64,000 bases of DNA. It comes from Candidatus Kapaibacterium sp. (lineage in GTDB: Bacteria; Bacteroidota; Ignavibacteria; Kapaibacteriales; UBA2268). Positions 57,960 to 64,000 of this stretch are shown one piece after another. Numbering within the stretch: position 1 is the stretch's first letter; each line of letters opens with the position of its first letter. The position numbers and the translations under genes were made by a program. The notes under the pieces are model-generated. The model was not told the DNA's origin and did not search any database. It was given only the letters and a program-made list of their open reading frames with translations. The stretch lies in contig OY762428.1 in NCBI GenBank assembly GCA_963665665.1, positions 3,232,001-3,296,000 of the forward strand, written 5' to 3'.

Positions 57960-59300
57960 TTAATTTTTCTTTGGAACATAGTTCAGAACAACCTTGTTTC
58001 CGTCTTTGAAATACTTTTTGGCAATCCTGATCAAATCGGATTTTTTAATATTTTTATATTTTTCAATCTCTGTATTTATCATACCCGGTTGGCCAAAATA
58101 ACTGTTGTATTTAGCAAGTGTTTTAGCTTTTTCAAGAACATTGGTTTTGCCGCTGACAAATCCTGCTTCCTTAATATTTTTTGCTTTCAGGAATTCCTCT
58201 TCGCTGATTCCTTCTGTAACAAGTTTATCAATTTCATCGTAAACAATACTTTCCAGATTGCTCAGGCTCTGCCCCGGTGATGCTATGGCATAGAAAATCA
58301 CTGCGCCGCCATACTGAAGATCGAGCGGGAATAATGCGGCCTGTACTGCAGCCTGCTCCTTATCGACGAGCCTGCGATAAAGCCTGGAACTTTCACCACT
58401 GGCAAATATGTCCAGCAATAAGGACATAGCATAATAATTAGAATCCAGCATTGAGGGCGCCCTGAAACCAATGAACATTCCCGGCAGCTGAGCTTTTTCA
58501 TCAATAATTTCTTTTTTAACATCCTCTTTCATCGGTTTAACAGGTATTGGTTTCCTGACTGGTTCCTTGCCTTTGGGGTAGATATTGAAATAATCTTCGA
58601 CCAATTCCCTGGCTTCTTCGATATCAATATCTCCGGAAACAACAAGAGTAGCATTATTCGGCTGGTAGAAGTTATCATAAAATTCTTTAAAATCAGAAAT
58701 CTTAGCTTTTGCGATATGTTCAGCCGAGCCAATCACCGACCAGGAATATGATGAACCCGGGAAAAGGTTTTCGCATATATTATTCAGTAATGTGCCGTAG
58801 GGTGAATTTTCGGTTCTCATTTTCAATTCTTCAAGAACAACTCCGCGCTGTGTTTCCACGCCTATTTCATCAACATGAAGTTTTCTCATCCTCTGAGATT
58901 CAATCCATAGAGCCAGTTTCAATTCATTAGCAGGCAGTTTCAGGAAATATACTGTCTGATCGAATGAAGTTGCAGCGTTAAGAGTGCCGCTGGCTTCTTC
59001 CACGTATTTGTCAAGTGATGCACGGGGAATATTATCAGTTGCTTCAAACATCAGGTGTTCAAAAAAATGTGCGTAGCCTGTTTTCTGCGGGTTTTCGTCA
59101 TGCGACCCAACGCGATAGTGAACTACCGTGGCCACTACCGGAGCACTTTTATCAACATGATAGATTACCTGCAATCCGTTGTCCAGCGTATCCATTTCAA
59201 ATTTTATGGGGTTGAAATCCTTTGCCCCTGCCGAAATTCCTGATACTAACAGCATCATGGCTGCAAATAATATCAGTTGATATGCTTTCTTGTTGAACAT
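57960..59300 (-). CDS. M16B zinc peptidase catalytic subunit
   Basis: GYAHFFEHLMF, NAATSFD, VVLEE, FYQPNNA. Confidence 0.92.
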   Translation of the reverse strand: MFNKKAYQLILFAAMMLLVSGISAGAKDFNPIKFEMDTLDNGLQVIYHVDKSAPVVATVVHYRVGSHDENPQKTGYAHFFEHLMFEATDNIPRASLDKYVEEASGTLNAATSFDQTVYFLKLPANELKLALWIESQRMRKLHVDEIGVETQRGVVLEELKMRTENSPYGTLLNNICENLFPGSSYSWSVIGSAEHIAKAKISDFKEFYDNFYQPNNATLVVSGDIDIEEARELVEDYFNIYPKGKEPVRKPIPVKPMKEDVKKEIIDEKAQLPGMFIGFRAPSMLDSNYYAMSLLLDIFASGESSRLYRRLVDKEQAAVQAALFPLDLQYGGAVIFYAIASPGQSLSNLESIVYDEIDKLVTEGISEEEFLKAKNIKEAGFVSGKTNVLEKAKTLAKYNSYFGQPGMINTEIEKYKNIKKSDLIRIAKKYFKDGNKVVLNYVPKKN

Positions 59301-59404
59301 ATTTAAAATCCTTTATTTTACAATAATATAGTTTATCAATCCACACCTGAATTAATACGAATTATCTGTCAAATTGTTATTTTTAGTGAATTTTTTTGTA
59401 ATTC

Positions 59405-59677
59405 CAGACATCCTGAATCCAAGTAATAATTTAAGTCGCGTTTTTTTTTATTCCAATACAGTTTTCGACCCCTCCCAAACACACACAGTGCGGAACCCTC
59501 CGGATGGGGAGGGCTTTGCAATAAGCCCCTCATTCGGAGGGGTTTGGGGAGGTCAAGCAAAATAGTATTTCATAGTTTGATATTTATATATGACAAAATT
59601 GTTAATAAATACGGCATATTAATTTACTCAGTTATTTTTCTAACTCTTTGATATTTCGTTCACGGGTAAGAGTTCTG
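59405..59677 (-). mobile_element. MITE-like element with GC-rich multi-hairpin core (copy 2, inverted)
   Basis: Reverse complement matches 4231-4524 in the core and in AT-rich flanks (gtaaattaatatgYcgta, atcaaagRgtta). Confidence 0.7.
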
Positions 59678-59710
59678 AATTCAATTTTCTATTGCGATAT
59701 CACAATTATA

Positions 59711-61360
59711 CTATGCTTTTTTCCTTTTAAAGAAACCGGCAACTATCAGCATAATTGTTATGGCCAGGCTGATATATGGCAGCCAGTCGCCGTGCTGCAC
59801 GTAAAAAGTTTTTTCATCTATTAGCGGAACAGACATCGCAATGGCTGTTTTCGTATATTGAGGCGCCCGGTAAATTGATTGTCCGAGTGGAGTAATAAAA
59901 CCGCTGACCCCCGTGTTTGCACACCTCGCAATATAACGTTTGCTTTCAATTGCCCTCATTGCTGCAATCTGGTAGTGCTGTTCGGGCCCGGGAGTATAAT
60001 CATACCAGGCATCATTAGTTATAACAGTTAAAACCCGGGCATCAAGCCTTGCAAAATTTCTGCAAAATTCCGGATAAATGGATTCTATGCAAATAATTGT
60101 ACCGATTTTTGCCTGTTTTCCGTGAGCCTGTATTGTCATGATATGCTGATCCTGACCTACCTGCCATCCTGATATTCCTACGCCCCATTCCATCCAGTCC
60201 ATAGCAAAGGAGAAAATATCAGCGAAAGGAAATCTCTCGCCCATGGGGGTTAGTTTCATTTTGTGATAGATTTGCGGGTTCAAAGTGTCATAGGGTGCCG
60301 GATTGAGCAGGAGGGAGGCATTGAAATTATCATATCTCTGTTCCGGGTCGCGGTCCAGTTTTTTTGCCGAGGGCGGTATATCATCGCCAGGTTGATAGAA
60401 ATATGTATCAGCAAATCCTGTTATCAATGCTGTTTCGCTGCTGTCCACCCATTTCTGCAGAAAATAAAAATTATGATATTGGTTAAAACCCGGTCCAATA
60501 TATGAAGTTGCAGTTTCGCTCCATATTCCCACATCTATCATCATTTCCGATGCAATTGAATCCTGTATTTGCTTGTGCAGTTCTATCTGTTCACGTGGAT
60601 TGATCTCCCATTTTCGCCAGGGATTTATGTTTGGCTGAATAACAGCCATGTTTATTAATTCATTGTTTTCAATCAGTTTCGAGTGTTCGTAACGGTTTAC
60701 GGTAATTAATCCGTATATTAGCGGAATAACTGCTATGGCAGCAATCCCGATCCAGTATTTTATAGCAGCTTTTGAAATAAAAATATTTTTAATGGTAGGT
60801 TCAATTCCCGATTCCCTGACCTTCAGGATTACTTTAAGGATCAGTACATTTACCATTGCAATAAGGAATGACAGCAGGTAAACACCCCCTATATCAGCTA
60901 TTTGATTCCACCATGTATGATATATCTGCGAGTAACCGAGATTCAGCCAGGGATAGGATAATTCGCCGAGGCTGTGGAACCACTCGAAAGCCGTCCAGAT
61001 GAAAGGGAAAACCCAGAGCGCTTTGGAAACTCCGAACCGGCGCTTAATAAATAAGAATATTACTATTGGTATCATAAAGAAAAAGGGGTGTACAAGCCCG
61101 GTTGCAATTCCACCGGCAAGCAGAAACGGATCGGTTTCCGATTGCCAGCTGCTTATCCACCAGTTAGTTCCGACATGATAAATATAAAATACAACATAGG
61201 AAAATAAAACCGGCCTTTTGGGCCCTTCGTTATCTGTCAGGGAAAACAGGTATGGTACGAGTGCGGCAAAGGCCAATACTCCGAACGGCATGGGAGGAAA
61301 AGCAAGAACGAGCATTACGCCGCTTAATAAGCCGTAGAACCAAATTTTCTTCTGTGTCAA
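59711..61360 (-). CDS. lnt: Apolipoprotein N-acyltransferase
   Basis: LAFPP, YPWLNLGY, QPNI, WSET, KMKLTPMGE, ICIES, TNDAWY, RAIE, ANTGVS; TTG start. Confidence 0.93.
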   Translation of the reverse strand: MTQKKIWFYGLLSGVMLVLAFPPMPFGVLAFAALVPYLFSLTDNEGPKRPVLFSYVVFYIYHVGTNWWISSWQSETDPFLLAGGIATGLVHPFFFMIPIVIFLFIKRRFGVSKALWVFPFIWTAFEWFHSLGELSYPWLNLGYSQIYHTWWNQIADIGGVYLLSFLIAMVNVLILKVILKVRESGIEPTIKNIFISKAAIKYWIGIAAIAVIPLIYGLITVNRYEHSKLIENNELINMAVIQPNINPWRKWEINPREQIELHKQIQDSIASEMMIDVGIWSETATSYIGPGFNQYHNFYFLQKWVDSSETALITGFADTYFYQPGDDIPPSAKKLDRDPEQRYDNFNASLLLNPAPYDTLNPQIYHKMKLTPMGERFPFADIFSFAMDWMEWGVGISGWQVGQDQHIMTIQAHGKQAKIGTIICIESIYPEFCRNFARLDARVLTVITNDAWYDYTPGPEQHYQIAAMRAIESKRYIARCANTGVSGFITPLGQSIYRAPQYTKTAIAMSVPLIDEKTFYVQHGDWLPYISLAITIMLIVAGFFKRKKA

Positions 61361-61528
61361 ATCTTCATTCCCGAAATAATTTTTCTTTCAAAAATAAGAT
61401 TTTTTATACTGTCAGGCTAACATTTATTCGTGAGAAACAAATTTCAAGTGCCTGTTGAAATAAAATTTGACAGACTTACTATCACAATAAAGCCGGAGGG
61501 TAATTCCCAGGTTATTTTTTTTCGGGAT

Positions 61529-62461
61529 TTACTCCGGAATTGCAATTTCATAGGGTTTGCCGCTTAGCGGCTGGCGAAGATTTTTCTTTAATATCCAGGG
61601 GTTAAGAAGTTTCACGTTTTTATAGCTTGTACCGTGCTTCTCTGCCCAGTCAGCAAGATCAGGAATAGAACTGTTCCATATAATTATTTTTACTTTCCTT
61701 GGATGATACCTGTCTTCATCCTTAACTATGAAACCATACTTTTCAGCATTTTTCATTATTTCCTTTATAATGGCAATCCTGAAAAGGAACCTCGATGTTT
61801 CGGAATTCAGATACAGATCAAAATAGTCGTCGCCTTCCTGGTGTTTCAGGTGCTTCCTGACGTTCCCGTGCCCCATATTGTATCCTGCGGCTGTAAGCGA
61901 CCATGAACCAAGAGATTTGTATCCCTGCTTCAGATATTTCATTGCAGCTTTTGTACTTTTTTCAGGATGCCTTCTTTCATCCACATAATTACTTACATGC
62001 AGGCCCATAAGCCTGGCTGTACTTTTCATGAACTGCCACAAGCCCACTGCTCCTGCGTGAGACCGTGCCTGGTACAACGCACTTTCGGCGACAGATAAGT
62101 ATTTCAGGTCGTCGGGCATATTATTTTCCTTGATGATCCTTTCGTACATTGGGAAGTATCTTGCCGATCTTTTCAGGTAAAGGATTATCTGCCCCGGCTG
62201 CTGAAGCAGAAGATAGAATTCCCTCTCGGCTCTTTCCCTGACTTCCGGAATATCCAACGGTACAGGCTCTCCGCAGAAATCCATTTTTTCCGGTAATTTC
62301 AGTGAGCTCAGGAATTCAAAATGTGCTTTCATATCTGCCGGAATTGCCGTTGTTTCCTGGCAATTACCTGTTTCGGTCTGCTGACTACACGATGCAAATA
62401 ATATCAGAATCAAACATAATTTGTTTATTTTGCCTTTGAATATTTTTTTAGTCATTTTCAT
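61529..62461 (-). CDS. Lytic transglycosylase (SLT/MltD-like) lipoprotein
   Basis: AES catalytic Glu, GAVGLWQFM, VDERRH, AGYNMG, ETSRF; lipobox FAS-C; start uncertain (62455-62485). Confidence 0.88.
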   Translation of the reverse strand: MKMTKKIFKGKINKLCLILILFASCSQQTETGNCQETTAIPADMKAHFEFLSSLKLPEKMDFCGEPVPLDIPEVRERAEREFYLLLQQPGQIILYLKRSARYFPMYERIIKENNMPDDLKYLSVAESALYQARSHAGAVGLWQFMKSTARLMGLHVSNYVDERRHPEKSTKAAMKYLKQGYKSLGSWSLTAAGYNMGHGNVRKHLKHQEGDDYFDLYLNSETSRFLFRIAIIKEIMKNAEKYGFIVKDEDRYHPRKVKIIIWNSSIPDLADWAEKHGTSYKNVKLLNPWILKKNLRQPLSGKPYEIAIPE

Positions 62462-62462
62462 T

Positions 62463-63104
62463 TTACTTCCCTTTATGATCTTCAATATTAATTACATTAT
62501 CAGCGAGGCTTATTTCCCGGTCATCATTTCCGGCAATAACAACGAGTCCGTTCTGCCCGATGTGGGCGGAAATATAATCCTTTACTGCCTGGAAGCCTTT
62601 TTTGTCCAGATTGGTTGAAGGTTCGTCGAGCATCAGTACCGGCGGCTGGTGATAAAGAGATATGATGTATTTCATCCTTTGCTTCATACCAGAGGAAAAG
62701 GTTCTTACAAGCCTTGAGCGGTTTTCATAAAGGCCGAAGAATTCCAGCAGGAAGCGGGCTCTTTTTTTATCGAATCCCAGCCCCCGAATCTCAGCCATTA
62801 TTTTTGTAAGTTCAACCGGTGTGAATTCCTCGTACAAATTGAAATAAGGAGAAACAAACCCAATATGGCGTTTCCATTCCCCCCCGGGTATTTCAATATC
62901 ATCGGCCATGTATGTGATTTTGCCTGCCGTAGGCTTGATTATACCCGCCATTATCTTCAGCAAGGTGGTTTTACCGCTGCCGTTGGAACCGGTGATACCT
63001 GATATTGAACCGGACCTGAAAACAGAGTTGATATTATGAAATACCACTCCGCTGCCCGCGAATGATCTGGAAACTTCTCGAATATTTACTGTAATTTTTT
63101 TCAT
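62463..63104 (-). CDS. ABC ATP-binding protein (CcmA-like)
   Basis: GSNGSGKTT, FSSGMKQR, LMLDEPSTNLD; start 63104. Confidence 0.85.
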   Translation of the reverse strand: MKKITVNIREVSRSFAGSGVVFHNINSVFRSGSISGITGSNGSGKTTLLKIMAGIIKPTAGKITYMADDIEIPGGEWKRHIGFVSPYFNLYEEFTPVELTKIMAEIRGLGFDKKRARFLLEFFGLYENRSRLVRTFSSGMKQRMKYIISLYHQPPVLMLDEPSTNLDKKGFQAVKDYISAHIGQNGLVVIAGNDDREISLADNVINIEDHKGK

Positions 63105-63117
63105 CTCTTTATGCTGT

Positions 63118-63143
63118 AAAAAAACCGGGTTAAGAACCCGGTT
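63118..63143 (-). terminator. Putative intrinsic terminator
   Basis: aaccgggtt/aacccggtt stem then T7 on - strand. Confidence 0.5.
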
Positions 63144-63174
63144 CAATAAAAGAAAAATTTTATAAAATTAAAAG

Positions 63175-63999
63175 CTATTTTATTCTTTTTACCATAAATT
63201 TTCCAAGGTGGTCTTTATCATTATATTTCAAAGAATAAATATATACTCCGCTTGTAAATTCGAATGGTATGTCCTTCAGAATAACAACTTTGTTATTCAG
63301 ATGGTTTTCCACTTCAAGTTTTTTGCTGAATATTCCGAGCATTTCTGTATTATAAATACTAAGAATAACCTCGTCGTATTCATTCAGCGCGGCCTCAACT
63401 GGAAAGTATATTGCTGAATGGTCGCCGGGAATGAACGGATTCGGATAGACATTAAGCGCGTCGGATCCGGCCATAATAAACTGCCGGTCGCATATTGTTC
63501 CGTTTTCGTTATACAATTTATAATAATAAGATGTATGCGGGATTTTGTCATATCCGGTTGTTTCGCCTTTGTTAATATTTATTGAATAAGGCGATTCCCG
63601 GTCAAATTGGAGAAAAGCTGCTTCATGGTCTGTGGATGTAATAATCAGGTCGAGTGTGTCATTTGTTTCCTCTGATCCGGCAGGCAGGATATACCTGAAT
63701 GATCTTGCCTGGTAGGCATCTAAATTGCCGATACTTTCAATAGGTTCAGAAGTATAATACTGAGTAGTATGGAACTTCAAATTGGGAAACAGCCTGGCAT
63801 CATCAAATCTCTGACCTTCGGACACAAGCGAATAATTATGCCCGGTGTAATACATCCAGGACATAAAATCACACCATGCAATATCAAGGGTTGATTCATG
63901 GCTTTTCAGTGCCATATCAAGAGCCTCGTATCCATAGTTACCTTCACCAACATACTGCCAGAATTCTAAAACGGCTTCGTCGCCAAAATTCTTATGAAC
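63175..63999 (-). CDS. T9SS-sorted protein, C-terminal part (truncated by window edge)
   Basis: Frame open to window end; CTD VYPNPF..ILSIYN..TSGVYIY..GKFMVKR. Confidence 0.75.
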   Translation of the reverse strand, partial: VHKNFGDEAVLEFWQYVGEGNYGYEALDMALKSHESTLDIAWCDFMSWMYYTGHNYSLVSEGQRFDDARLFPNLKFHTTQYYTSEPIESIGNLDAYQARSFRYILPAGSEETNDTLDLIITSTDHEAAFLQFDRESPYSININKGETTGYDKIPHTSYYYKLYNENGTICDRQFIMAGSDALNVYPNPFIPGDHSAIYFPVEAALNEYDEVILSIYNTEMLGIFSKKLEVENHLNNKVVILKDIPFEFTSGVYIYSLKYNDKDHLGKFMVKRIK

Positions 64000-64000
64000 A

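Noticed and set aside
59369-59565. Two 63-aa ORFs on opposite strands
   Set aside because: They arise from the GC-rich palindromic repeat; the equivalent frame is not evident in the other copy

Overview
Chromosomal window (~40% GC by eye) of an anaerobe-like member of the Bacteroidota/Chlorobi/Ignavibacteria/Kapabacteria lineage. The lineage call is inferred from T9SS C-terminal sorting domains, glgA followed by a DUF4270-like lipoprotein, and TAnnTTTG boxes. Housekeeping content: pepA, mtnA, glgA, hslVU, a MarR-RND-TolC efflux operon, a DHODH-like gene plus korAB, an orphan cheB-like gene, an M16 peptidase pair, lnt, a lytic transglycosylase and an ABC ATPase. Four things stand out. (1) REP-like DNA hairpins sit in frame at the same two loop positions of several T9SS sorting domains, and one free-standing decayed sorting-domain cassette is present. 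(2) A 546-bp, 26 x 21-bp tandem array consists of two related blocks joined in register. (3) A sigma54-controlled Hmc/DsrMK-like redox operon includes an NrfD-hexaheme cytochrome c3 fusion, with divergent -24/-12 promoters and a phased TGCAAC enhancer array. (4) Several non-autonomous nested MITE/REP elements occur, one in two diverged copies. No rRNA, tRNA, CRISPR array or transposase was recognised. All family assignments come from motif reading, not database searches.
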